Positions 35,915-48,478 of a stretch of DNA of 64,000 nt are shown here, piece after piece. How positions within the stretch are numbered: the first letter of the stretch is position 1; the number at the start of each line of letters is the position of its first letter. The position numbers and the translations under genes are program-made. Under the pieces are notes generated by a model that was not told where the DNA came from, searched no databases, and saw nothing but the letters and a program-made list of their open reading frames with translations. The DNA comes from Squalus acanthias (lineage: Eukaryota): positions 56,980,001 to 57,044,000 of the forward strand of contig CM059438.1 of assembly GCA_030390025.1 (NCBI GenBank). The letters are read 5' to 3'.

Positions 35915-37657
35915 AAGAAACATAGAAACATAGAAGATAGGAGTAGGAGTAGGCCATTCGGCCCCTTGAGCCTGCTCCGCCATTCGATGAGATCATGGCT
36001 GATCATCCAAACTCAGTACCCTGTACCTGCCTTCTCCCCATATCCTTTGATACCTTTAGCTTTAAGAAATATATCTAACTCATTCTTGAATATATTTAAT
36101 GACTTGGCCTCAACTACCTTCTGTGGTAGAGAATTCCACAGGTTCACCACTCTCTGGGTGAAGAAATTCTTCCTCATTTCTGTCCTAAATGGCTTACCCC
36201 TTATCCTTAGATTATGACCCCTGGTTCTGGACTCTCTGACCATCGGGAACATTCTTCCTGCATCTAGTTTGTCCAGACCAGTCAGAATTTTATATGTTTC
36301 GATGAGATCCCCTCTCATTCTTCTATACTCCAGCGAGTATAAGCCCAATCGACCCAATCTCTCCTCATATGTCATTCCTGCCATCCCAGGTATCAGCCTT
36401 GTGAATCTTCGCTGAACTCCTTCCATGGCAAGAACATCCTTCCTCAGATAAGGCGACCAAAACTGCACACAGTACTCAAGGTGTGGTCTCACCAAGGCCC
36501 TGTACAACTGCAGCAGGACATCCCTGTTCCTATACTCAAACCCTTTTGCTATGAAGGCCAACATACCATTTGCCGCCTTCACCGCCTGCTGCACCTGCAT
36601 GCTTACCTTCAGCGACTGGTGCACAAGGACACCCAGGTCTCGTTGCACTTCCCCTTCTCCCAATCTATTGCCATTCAGATAATAGTCTGCTTTTCTGTTT
36701 TTGACACCAAAGTGGATAACCTCGCATTTATCCACGTTATATTGCATCTGCCCACTCACCCAACCTGTCCAAATCATCCTGGAGTTTCTCGGTATCCTCC
36801 TCGCAGCACACACGCCCACCCAGCTTTGTGTCATCTACAAACTTGGAGATATTACATTTAGTTCCCTTTTCTAGATCATTAATGTATATTGTGAATAGCT
36901 GGGGTCCAAGGACCGATCCCTGCGGTACTAGTCACTGCCTGCCACTCGGAAAAAGACCCATTAATTCCTACTCTCTGCTTTCTGTCCGCCAACCAGTTCT
37001 CTATCCAAGTCAATACCTTGCCCCCAATCCCATGTGCCTTAACTTTACACGCTAATCTCTTATGCGGGACCTTATCGAAAGCCTTTTGAAAGTCCAAATA
37101 CACCACATCTACTGGTTCTCCCTTATCTATTTTCCCAGTTACATCCTCAAAAAATTCAAGTAGATTTACCTTTTGTACATCCATGTTGACTTTGTCCGAT
37201 CCTGTCACTGTTTTTCAAGTGCTCAGCTATTACATCCTTTATAATGGACTCTAGCATTTTCCCCACTACCGATGTCAGGCTTACCGGTCTGTAATTCCCC
37301 GCTTTCTCTCTACCACCCTTTTTGAATAGTGGGGTAACATTAGCTACCCTCCAATCCATGGGTACAGTTCCAGATTCCATCAAATGTTGGAAGATGGTCA
37401 GCAATGCATCTACTATTTCTAGGGCCACTTCCTTAAGTACCCTAGGATGTAGATTATCAGGCCCTGGGGATTTATCGGCCTTCAATCCCGTCAATTTCCC
37501 TAACATCATTTCTCTGCAAATACTGATTTCTTTCAGTTCCTCCCTTTCATCAGACCCTATGTTCTCCAACATCTCTGGGAGGTTATTTGTGTCCTCCTTT
37601 GTGAAGACAGAACCAAAATATGCATTTAATTGGTTAGTCATTTCTTTGTTCCCCATT
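35915..37657 (-). mobile_element. CR1 (HER1-like) LINE, 5'-truncated, frameshifted
   Basis: RT ORFs 37156-37692, 36879-37208 and 36013-36834; repeated AGAAACAT tail. Confidence 0.95.
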
Positions 37658-38098
37658 ATAACACATGTCCATACACATACACATTCCAGCAAGGGTCACC
37701 AGGTAGAGATCAGGAAGGCTACCTTGGCTGATCTGTTTCCTCTCCCTGGCCCAACTGCTATTCTGGCTGAGATTAACCAACTCCGTGTAGGCAGAAGGGA
37801 ATCGAATCTGGGAATGTCTGCTCTATATGTTTTAGTAGCTCACTTGGTGGTGCCTTTGCTTACTAGGCCATCAGGGTAACATCTTGCCCCTACAGAAAAA
37901 TGACACAAACTCAAAGAACGAGGGTAACCATTTCATGAGAACTCAATTCTAGGCACAGTTTCCAAACTGAATTTCTACCACAGATTCAACATTTTGCTTT
38001 ATCTCTTAACTTGGTGCTCATTGGTCAAATATGTATGGGGAGAGCATGCTTCAAAACTGGTTTTCAACAGTTAATGGGGTAACATTTCCTTGTTTTAG

Positions 38099-38216
38099 GA
38101 GTGAACACTGCTGATGTGATAACGTTGTACATATCTGCAATCAAAGCCCTTCGCGAGTTGGACCCATCCATGGTTATTTTGGAAGTGGTGTGTGAGCCAG
38201 TCCGCAAGTATCTAAG
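38099..38216 (+). CDS. ANAPC2: ANAPC2 exon 6
   Basis: (G)VNTADVITLYISAIKALRELDPSMVILEVVCEPVRKYL(R); TTTTAG / GTAGAG; 118 nt. Confidence 0.96.
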
Positions 38217-38364
38217 GTAGAGTGTTGCATCTCCAGTTAGGGTGAATGGGCGATGTGTAAAGTAAACACCAAGGAGAGATGGTTTACTGTGTTTGAGGGT
38301 AAGTGGGTTATGCGGTTTTCTCACTGTCGGTGCTTAGTTTATGCAGCTTGGTACTGTCGATGAG

Positions 38365-39365
38365 AAAATGACTTTGACTTGGGGGTACAGGGTATAATTT
38401 TGAAATTTTCTGATGACACGAAACCTAGAAGTGTAGTAAACACCGAGAAAGATAGTAATAGGCTTCAAGAGGACATAGACAGGCTGGTGGAATGGGCGGA
38501 CACGTGGCAGATGAAATTCAACGCAGAAAAGTATGAGGTGGTATATTTTGGTAGGAAGAATGAGGAGAGACAATACATGCTAAATGATACAATTTCAAAG
38601 TGGGTGCAAGCGGAGAGAGATTTGTGCACAAATCTTTGAAGGTGGCAGGGCAGGTTAACAAAGCAGTTAATAAAGCATATGGGATCCTGGGCTTTGTAAA
38701 CAGAGACATAGAGAAAGTCATCCTCGGTTCCGAGGGACTGCCTAAGAGAAGATAGAGAAACAAAAGCTAGGAAGTTATGCTAAACCAATATAAAACACTG
38801 GTTAGGCCCCAGCTGGAGTATTGTGTCCAGTTCTGGACACCACACTTTGGGAAGGACGTGAAAGCTTTGGAGAGGGTACAGAAGAGATTTACTAGAATGG
38901 TTCCAGGGATGAGGGATTACAGTTAGGTGGATAGATTGGAGAAGCTGGGGTTGTTCACCTTGGAGTAGAGAAGGCTAAGTGGAGATTTGATAGAGGTGAT
39001 TAAAATCATGAAGGGTTTAGATAGAGTAAATAATAAGAAGCTGTTTCCAGTGGCTTAAGGGTCAATAACCAGAGGGCACAGATTTAAGGTGATTGGAAAA
39101 AGAACCAGAGGCGACATGAGGAAAAAAATTTTACGCAGCGAGTGGTTAGGATTTGGAATGTACTGCCTGATAGGGCGGTGGATACAGAGTCAATAGGAGC
39201 CTTCAAAAGGGAATTAGATAAATACTTGAAAGAGAAAAAATTGTAGGGATATGGGGAAAGAGCAGGGAGTGGGACTGACTGGATTCCTCTTCGAAAGAGC
39301 CGGCATAGACTCGATGGACCGAATGGCCTCCTTCTGTGCTGTACTATTCTATGTTATGTTTATGC
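38365..39365 (+). mobile_element. CR1 LINE 3' portion, degenerate
   Basis: KFSDDTK..LQEDIDRLVEWADTWQMKFN; similar to 30880-31645; TATGT tail repeats. Confidence 0.92.
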
Positions 39366-41090
39366 TAGCTGATCTTTGGTGGCATTGCTCACAGTGAGTT
39401 GCTGTTTGATAACAATAGGGTTATCAGCAAAGTGATTGGAAAAATAAGAGTGACACTTACAGGAAGTGCATGCTATACACAAGACTTCAATATATTACAA
39501 GTTGATTGGAGTTCATATGCAATGTGCTGCAATGAGTGGAGGTGGAAATGTGAGTTAATACAGTTTTAATGTCAGGGGAAGTGATTTTATGGTGCTTTGC
39601 TTGACAGTGGGCTTCATTTTCATATTAACAATGCAGAACAGTAACTCAGAAGAGTCCTTTTATAAGATGGATAACATAATTTAACAAAGGACCAGCAGTA
39701 GTGTGAGAGAAGGGAGTGCTATCAAGAAATGATGAACAGTACAAGGATGGGAGCAGACAAATGAAATGGATCAACAACATTAATCAGGATTTGCGAAGAA
39801 AGCAAGCTGGATATTGACTAGGAAAGAGAGTCCGGTTAGGATTGGAGAGCAGGGCTCACTAATTGTACCTTCTCTGAAGTCTTGCTTCTGTCTGCTGTTG
39901 CCCCATAGTGGTGTTGTAGAGAGTTGGACCTCAGGAATGTGAAGAACATCTAGCAGCCTGTGGCTGATGCACGTTCACTGTGCAGCCTTTGGAAACTTTT
40001 CTTTCAATTTTGAAAAGTAGTGTTTTCCCCCCAAAAAATTTAGAATAGTCAAACATTTTCATTGTCATCTGTTTTAGGTTATTTGCATGATCTGCTGAAC
40101 TCATCAGGTCTGCAGTATTTTGAGCTATTTCATACTGAGTTGAGTTTTTGATAATTTGATAGGCTTATAGCTAAATATGTTACATCAGTGAGGGGTGGAT
40201 ATGAGATGCAAGTTATTGGAGGTTTGTGAAGAGAAAAGGTTTGGGGACAGATTGGAAAAACGTGAGCGGAAAGATCTAATGGACTGGAAATATTGAATAA
40301 ACGTAAGATCTTGCAGGATGCTGGGGGAGAGCATTGGGGTGGGTGCAGGCAGTAGGATATTCAAGGTTTTGAATTAAAGGATCTTAGGTGGTTAATTAAA
40401 AGTAAGTTGAAATGGAGAATTCTGTTGGTAGAGAACTTTGTCCCTCTGACAATTAATAGCAGGGTTCTGTATCTAGTGGGTGTTAGTTAATTACACAGTA
40501 GAGAGGTTTGGACTATATATTGGAGAGATCTGGAAGTGCTTGTGGTTATCTTATATGTTGGGATGAATGGTACAGGCAACATTTAATCAGAGGCAGTGCA
40601 AGCTGGCGAAATTAAAGTTCAAGCACTTAAATATTGGAAAGAGTCATGTATCCAGTTTTAATTGCCATATCTACAAGAGATGGAGTTAATGAAGATTGAA
40701 AAAGGAACAACGGTAATACTAGCTCTTGAATTGTTGAGCTATAATCAGAGGTAGTAAGGCAGTTAGACAGGTTTACTGATGTGGGGTGGGGGGAGGGAGA
40801 GGATTAAAGATTTTAGAATTGTGAAAGGGGTCTAGAGGGTGGGATGGACATTAAAGAAGTTTCTTGTGTTAAATCAGATGAGAACTAGGTGACAATTAAA
40901 AGCTGTTGACCTTTGAGCTAAACATAATTTAAGGAGCAGCTGCTTTGCTTTTGAAAACGGGTACTGTCTACATGACATGGTAGACTAGATGTGCTTTTCC
41001 CTGTTACATATTGTGTCCTTTCAAAAGTACAGTTAATTTTTAAGCTTTAAAAGTCCAGTTTTTCATTTCTTGTTGTTTGTTGACCCACAG

Positions 41091-41272
41091 GACGCGGGAT
41101 GACACTGTGAGACAGATAGTAGCTGGTTTGACTGATGATTCAGAAGGATCCAGTGATCTGGCGAATGAGCTGTCCAAAGCAGATCCAATCACTCTGGAGC
41201 ATGGGCACGATAGTGATGATGACATGTCTGATCCAGAGGATTGGCTTCCTGACCCTGTTGATGCAGATCCAG
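41091..41272 (+). CDS. ANAPC2: ANAPC2 exon 7
   Basis: TRDDTVRQIVAGLT..PEDWLPDPVDADP; CACAG / GTAATC; 182 nt. Confidence 0.97.
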
Positions 41273-42581
41273 GTAATCCTCAAACTCCCAAGAAGCAGCA
41301 AGAGTAATGAAGTGTGAATCTGGGAGCAAGGTCTTTGAGGCTTTAGAGGGGTTAAGGGGTCACAGCTGGATAACTGAATGGGCCAAGTCCCAGAGCTAAC
41401 AGCACGTGCTTATATTCTGACAACAAATGCATCCGTTATTAAAAAACTGAATCTATATCTTAAAGTATTGGAAAAGATATTGCTGGTTCTTATCAAGTGA
41501 ACAGTTTAATCCAGTGATACTGATCAGCTCAACATAGGTGAGATTCACTTATTACATGAATGGACAGTCTGTTTAGGGGAGGGAGCAATATCAAACAAGC
41601 ATTTGACACATGTTTCTGTGGGAATACGAGAATTCCCCCTCTTATCTCGGTAGCTGGCCCCTAGAAGGCACACCGCAGTGATCCTGAGAAGATTTTCCCT
41701 CTGATTTCCCCTCCCACAACAACATGTGGCTGAGATCAGGAATTTGAGTGTGGCCTATTAACTCTTAGATCTGTAACAAGCTGAAGCAGGCCCAGGACCC
41801 AGTGGTCAATTAGACACGCAGACTAGAGCTTAATGTTCAAAACAAGTGAGGTTTATTCATCCAAGGCAGTTGTGTCTTTAAGTGCAGAGATGAACAAAAC
41901 AATAACAAGGATTACTTTCCCGTTTACAGATTCGAACAGAGGCCCAACCAGTCCCCATTCACCACCACCCTCCTCTGCCTGGCTGAACTTGTTCTCACAT
42001 TGAACAACTTCTCCTTTGACTCCACTCACTTCCTCCAAATCAAAGGTGTTGCTATGGGAACCCGCATGGGTCCTAGCTATGCCTGCCTTTTCGTGGGATA
42101 TGTGGAACATTCTTTGTTCCAGTCCTACTCAGGTCCCCTCCCTCACCTCTTTTTCCGGTACATTGATGACTATATCGGTGCCGTTTCCTGCTCTCGCCCT
42201 GAACTAGATAATTTCATTCACTTTGCTTCCAATTTCCACCCTTCCCTCACCTTCACATGGTCCATCTCCGACTCTTCCCTTCCCTTCCTCGACTTCTCCG
42301 TCTCCATCTCTGGGGATAGGTTATTGACAAACATTCACTACAAGCCCACTGACTCCCACAACTACCTGGACTACACTTCCTCCTACCCCGCTTCCTGTAA
42401 GGACTCTATTCCATTCTCCCAGTTTCTCCGTCTCCGCCGCATCTGCTCTGACGATGCCACCTTTCATACCAGTGCTTCCGACATATCTTTTTCCTCAACC
42501 GAGGATTCCCCTCTACTGTGGTTGACATGGCCCTCGACCTTGTCCGTTCTATCTCCCGCACTTCTGCCCTCACCACTGCCC

Positions 42582-44027
42582 TGAAAGGATAATTACAAGT
42601 CCTAGCCCTTTTGGACTACCCCAGATCAGGTGTATTCCCCAGGCGTTCACCTTCAACTAAAGTTAGTGGTAGCCGAATCCTAGAGATGCTTAATTGGGTC
42701 TAAAGGTCAGACTACCTCTCCCTAAAGGAAAGAAACGGCCTGAAGATGTTACCGTCCTCCGGATAGCACCTTTAATAAGTTTAACTAAACTGTAACCTTC
42801 CGGATATTATGAGGGTCCGGAAAACCCCCCAGAATTCTGCAACTCCTCTCTGAAGAGTGTACAGAAATTGAGTTCGCGAGGTTGATACAGAAATACTACT
42901 TGAGACAATTCTAAAAATATATAGATTTATTTAAGAGCTGACATTCAGTTAACAGCTGATAAGTCAATCGCGACTTTAACCGTTCAAAATACAAATAGCT
43001 TACATTTCTTATCAGAGATCCTTATTCTCAAATCTTAACTTCGTTACATTTCCACACTTCTACTTATTTCTTAATCCAGAATATCCACCAAAACCAAATA
43101 CCTTGATTACCCGAGACTCAGAGTTGAAAACTTACAGAGCGTGCCTGTGAAGTTGAGAAACGCTTGCCCTTCCAGCGACTTCTGACTCTCTATCTGAAAA
43201 GCTCTTATTTTTATACTCTTTTTTAGTGGTATATTCTTTGAAGTTTCCTGCTGATGTAAGCTAATTATCTCTAGTGATTCTTTATTGAATTCTTTTCTAT
43301 TCTTACTGTCATTTCAGCTGCCAACTTTTAGAATTCTGTCTCTATCTTTTAGGTGTTTCAAAAACTTATCATTTTTATGGTTCTTGTCGATTTATCTATT
43401 TGATGCTATTCTTAGGAAGCCTTTCTATTGAATTATTAATATCACTTAACTGCTTGTAAGCCAGACGTCGTGACTCCGTGGTGTTCCAAGTTCAATCTAA
43501 ACACAATGTAATTGCTTGGTGTCATCTATTGATATTATATTTTCAAAGCCTTCCTATTTGTACCTTTTACAACTTGTAAATTGAAAACACTTCTCTTAGG
43601 GTGTTTACTTGTTTTCTTGCTATCTCAATTGGTTGCATATTTAATCGTGTTACCTGTCTTATTTGATGTTACTTTATGAAGGCATATGGTTGTTTAATGT
43701 TCTAAGTTTTGGTTTCCTGAGTGTTAGCTTATAACACTTTACTTGGGTCATTCCATTGTGTTTCTCCCAAACTCCAGACCTTCTGGAAGCGCCAATGGTT
43801 TGCTTCAATAGGGGCATTGTTTCTGTATTTACAACCATCTCCCATTTCAAAGCTTGTGGTGTTTTACAGCTTTTGTTAACACTTCACCTTATTTCAGAAG
43901 CCTGTATTGTGTTTGCAGCCTGCGTCGCCGAGGCTTTCCAGACTTTTAAACTCAGTATGTCTTGTATTAATATCAAAATCTGTTCATAGGATGATGTATT
44001 TCTTGGAATATGGCTATTTCCTTCACA
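42582..44027 (-). mobile_element. Solo LTR (1446 bp), retroviral-type, possibly spuma/foamy-like
   Basis: TG..CA ends; GCCC at 42578-42581 and 44028-44031; on the minus strand TATAAAAA 43215-43208, GTAAGT 43135-43130, AATAAA 42931-42926. Confidence 0.8.
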
Positions 44028-44844
44028 GCCCCTCCCTCCTGGAACCACGATAGGGTTCCCCTTGTCCTCACCTTTCACCCCTCCACATTCAGCGGATCAT
44101 CCTCCGCCATTTCCGCCACCTCCAGCGTGATCCCACCACCAAACACATCTTCCCCTCACCTCCCCTTTCAGCATTCCGAAGGGACCGCTCCCTCCGCGAC
44201 ACCCTGGTCCACTCCTCTATCACCCCCAACACCCCTTTAGTATACTGTATTCGCTGCTCACGATGCGGTCTCCTCCACATTGGGGAGACCAAACACAGAT
44301 TGGGTGACCGCTTTGCGGAACACCTCCGTTCAGTCCGTAAGGGGGACTCCGAGCTTCCGGTCGCCTGTCACTTTAATTCTCCGCTCCACTCCAACTCGGA
44401 CCTCACCGTCCTAGGCCTCTTACACTGTTCCACTGAAGCTCAACGTAAGCTCGAGGAACAGCACCTCATCTTTCGATTAGGCACTTTACAGCCTTCTGGA
44501 CGCAACATAGAGTTCAACAATTTCAGATCATAACCTCGGCCCCTATCATATATATTTTTTTCCCACACTTTTTTTTGTTTGTGTTTTCTTTTCTTCTCCC
44601 ACATGGCAGCTGTCTTTCACTCTGCCAGCGCAATTTACACTTCATCTAGAGCCATCTTTTGTTTCTTAACCTGTCCCATTACCATCTCCTTTTGCCTTGA
44701 ATATCCGTTGATGTCTCTTAATGTCTCTTAACCTGTCCTGCCTTCTATCCTATCACAGACCTTCCCTTTTGTTCTTTCATCCCCTCCCCCCTTTCCCAGC
44801 TCCTACACTTGCTTAAAAATCTATTCCATTTCCTGCTTTTTTCC

Positions 44845-44881
44845 AGTTCTGACAAAAGGTCATCGACCTGAAACGTTAACT
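44845..44881 (+). ncRNA. Hammerhead-like motif (family B) in the Penelope 3' repeat, core mutated
   Basis: AGTT-CTGACAA-A-AGGTC(ATC)GACCT-GAA-ACGT-T-AACT; CUGACAA deviates from CUGANGA. Confidence 0.6.
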
Positions 44882-46121
44882 CTGTTTCTGTCTTCACAGG
44901 TGCTGCCTGACCTGCTGAGTATCTCCAGCATTTTCTGTTTTTATTACAGATTCTAACTCTTAGTTCAGTTGGGGAGAAGCTGGAACTATTTCCCTGCCTT
45001 TTATCCTTCCAGGCTGGGAGTCGTTCCTGATTGACCTGAATTGCCTTTAAAGATTTCTTAAAGTTATGCCGCCTTGCTTTGGTCATTCTGACATTTTATA
45101 CAATTTCTTAAAGCTGCACCCCATAGCAGATACAGAGCTCTCAAAGCCTGTGGCTCACATCATCCCCCTCTCATGCTGTGACAGATATTATATATAACGG
45201 ATTGTCAGTGATTCATTTTAGTGAAGAAAACCTGATGTAATTCTGTAAACCAGCCTGTTTTATAAAAAAGAAGCAGAATTTTATCCCTCATTTTTGCCAC
45301 TTCTTGAGGCTGGGGTACTGTTCCATTTTCCTCCATTACAACAATGACTCTACTTCAAAAAGTACTTAAGCGCTTTACAACGAATTTGGAAGTCCTGAGG
45401 TTGTGAAAAGCGCTGTATAAATGCAAGTCTTTCTACAATTGTCAGTGGACTATTTGACCATGGGTCTGTTCTCGATACTCTCCTGGAGTAACCCCAGTCC
45501 ATGCTATAGTGTAAAATAAGATGCTGGACGGTGCAGAGTTGGCACCTGGGGCAACATTTATCAAACATTTATTTGATATTCCACCCAGCTGTAAACAGAC
45601 TGGAGTCGTGTGTCGGCCAGACCAGGGTTGGGAACCAGTTTTTCTTTTACCACAATCTGATCGGTTTTTATTGTTACTTTTTCTGTTTCCAGCCCACGCA
45701 TTACCCGTTTTAATTGAATTCAGTTTGACAGCTTGCCATGCTGGGTTCTGAACTCCAGCTTGCTAGTCGAGTACCCTAACTACATGAAGTGTATCCAGTT
45801 GAAACTGGAGGAGGGGCAGGGAGAAAATTATTCAGAAAAACTGTTTGAAACCACTGATTTCCAATAGGAAAAGTTTAACGTGCACGACTCTTTCAAAATG
45901 AGCATTTCCTTACAATATCTTACTGTTAGTACTATAAATTTAGCAGGATGGGAAAGGTTTTGATCCAGCTTATAACTCTATATAAATCTACATTGAGATG
46001 TTTCCCCAGGTGCTACCTCTGCACTTTGAATGTCTTATTTCACACTACAGCCTGGGTAGGGGTTACTCCTCACTGTCCATCATTCTTTAATCACCTTTGT
46101 TTCTCCTTAACTTGACTTCAG

Positions 46122-46263
46122 GTAAATCTGGTTCTAAGCGAAGGTCTTCTGACATCATCACCTTGCTGGTCAGCATTTACGGCAGCAAAGAGCTGTTTAT
46201 TAATGAATATCGTACGCTGCTGGCAGACCGAATACTCCATCATTTCAGCTACATCACCTGCAG
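46122..46263 (+). CDS. ANAPC2: ANAPC2 exon 8
   Basis: (G)KSGSKRRSSDIITLLVSIYGSKELFINEYRTLLADRILHHFSYITC(R); TTCAG / GTACCA; 142 nt. Confidence 0.96.
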
Positions 46264-46509
46264 GTACCAAGATGCTTGCAGTGTTTCACGGTTGGATTAG
46301 AAATGTTTCACCATAACTGACCTGCCTGTGGGTGATGTGCTTGGTTCTGTGAGATTTCAGATTCCGATATCGGGGCTATCTAACGTTGAATAGGATAGTC
46401 ACGGCTCCAATGAGTTTTAGCTGCAGCAGAATTCCATCCTGCTGTTAGTGACTAACAGTGGAGTTCCACTTTGACAGTCAAAGGAGGTTGCAGTAACTCT
46501 TGCATTTTT

Positions 46510-46822
46510 AAACAACTTGCATTTATACAGCACCTTTAAGATAGTAAAACATCCCACAGCGCTTCACAGGAGCGTTATCAAACAAAATTTGACACCAAGC
46601 CACATGAGATATTAGGACAGGTGACCTAAAGCGTGGTCAAAGAGGTAGGTTTTAAGGAATGTCTTAAAATGAGGATAGAGAGGTTTAGGGAGTGAATTCT
46701 AGGGCCTAGGCAGCTGACAGCACAGCCGCCAATGGTGGAGCAAGAAAATCGGGGATGTGCAATAGGCCAGGGGGCAGAGATCTCGGAGGGTTGTAGGGCT
46801 GGAGCAGGTTACAGAGATAGGC
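46510..46822 (-). mobile_element. L2-clade LINE 3' fragment
   Basis: Similar to 60588-61177 and 63480-64000. Confidence 0.8.
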
Positions 46823-48390
46823 CAGATAAAGACTGCAGTCGTTACACCAGGTGAGGACTGGACTGAAATCTCAGTTATAACTGACAGTTAGCTTTCTCTA
46901 CTAAGCAAGTTTCATTACAATCCCAGTCACGTGATCTGGAGCAGGGGAGGAAGCTGGTCTTTTTCAGATTGCTCAGTTGCCTGTAGGTGTACAGGATCTA
47001 GGAGGAAGCAAAATCTCTCCACGATTATGGGCTACATCTAACGATGCCTCCTTTGTATCATCCAGTAGACTTTAAAAGCAACACCATGGAAACCTGTTTG
47101 CAGGAGATAGTAGGCAAAATTGTCCTCTGGTTCACTGCTCAATTTTGGATGGGTATTTTGGTAGATGGGACCTGTTACATCAGATCTGCCATCTCTTGTG
47201 CTGCTGCATGGGCATTCTGGCCCTAACTTATTTTCTACCACATGTGCAGGCCCCTGAAAGGGATGGCAGGAGGGCACACATGTGCTGCTGTCCTGAGAGC
47301 AGCGTTCTGTGACTGCATTCCTGCCATACCACTAGTTGTGCGTACACCTGGGCTCAGTGGTAGCACTCTCGCCTCTGATTCAGAAGGTTGTGGGTTCAAG
47401 TCCCACTCCAGAGAAGCAGAATGTGATGAACCTGCAGCTAGCGCCTACCCTCCGATTTCCCCAATTCCAACATACTCCGCTGTCTGCCTCTCCAGGAGCT
47501 CCACTGTTTCCATCTCGAGGAGGCGATAGCCCTGAGTTTGGGTGGGATGTGGCCAGTCGCTGTCTTGTTATAGATATTCTTTTTGCAAAAGTGAGAATGC
47601 TCTCTTGTTGCCATGAGATGCAGTCACACCCAGATATTAGAAGCCAAACCCTAGTGGGGGTGATGACAGGTGCATGAAACAAGCTGTGATATACCATGTG
47701 AGGCTTTCCGTGGGCTGCATGCATGTCTTGCTGTGAATGAAGAAGGTTTGTGGGTATAAAGAACCCCGCAGACCCTCCAGGCTATTAATGGTGAGCTCTT
47801 GAGGTCCCTTAGCACACTGAGGGAAAGTTGGTTGTAAGTAGCAAATCTGCTGAGTGCAATGCATTCTTGGAATAGTGCAGCTGAATCTTCTTTCCTGATT
47901 TGGTAAGATCACTAAACTCCTCGCTGCACCGGGGGTCATGGATGTGCCACTTATGCTAGGGCCTTCCTCGCTGGCATGTGTGGCAGAACAGGACTTCAGC
48001 CTGTCCAATGAACTCCATTGTGTTTGTGCAGTTCCCTCGGCTGCTCATCGTCTCAAACAGTATCTCCCTCCTCATTCAGATTTGTACCAGTGCCACTTCA
48101 ATGGAAACCTCTGAAACTCTGGGGGCTCTGCTCCCTGTAAATGAAGTTCCAGACATTTTGTTCATGGCACCCCTGATTGCAGCGGCAATAAATTGTTCCT
48201 GATGAGACCTACCCGTTTAAACAGCTGCAGTTGTGTAAATCCCGCAGTAACTTGCCCCCATCGGCCAATAGCAAGTTTCCAATTGGAGGTGAGAATTTGG
48301 CGGGCTCAGTGCTGAGTCCATTCGGTGAGGTGAAGTCTGGCTCTGCTACACTTACACCAGAGAGGAAAACCCAGCTGTTTAATTTTTTAA

Positions 48391-48478
48391 TGAGAAGTCG
48401 CACAACACCAGGTTATAGTCCAACAGTTTTATTTGAAATTACGAGCTTTCGGAGCGCTGCTCCTTCGTCAGGTAATTT
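48391..48478 (-). ncRNA. Penelope terminal-repeat fragment with an intact minimal hammerhead motif (48436-48478)
   Basis: Minus strand: AAATTAC-CTGACGA-A-GGAGC(AGC)GCTCC-GAA-AGCT-C-GTAATTT; same family as 14632-14895. Confidence 0.72.

Larger units (their letters stand above)
41935..44948 (+). mobile_element. Penelope-like retroelement (RT + GIY-YIG endonuclease), 5'-truncated, split by a solo LTR
   Basis: QIKGVAMGTRMGPSYA and RYIDD RT motifs (42000-42584); LVYCIRCSRCGLLHIGETK..RFAEHLRSV GIY-YIG (~44237-44533); terminal repeat with a hammerhead-like core. Confidence 0.9.

Noticed and set aside
47348..47415. tRNA gene
   Set aside because: A/B boxes are present, but the sequence matches the SINE head at ~19480-19550 and lacks a proper acceptor stem; the same applies near 48750-48810
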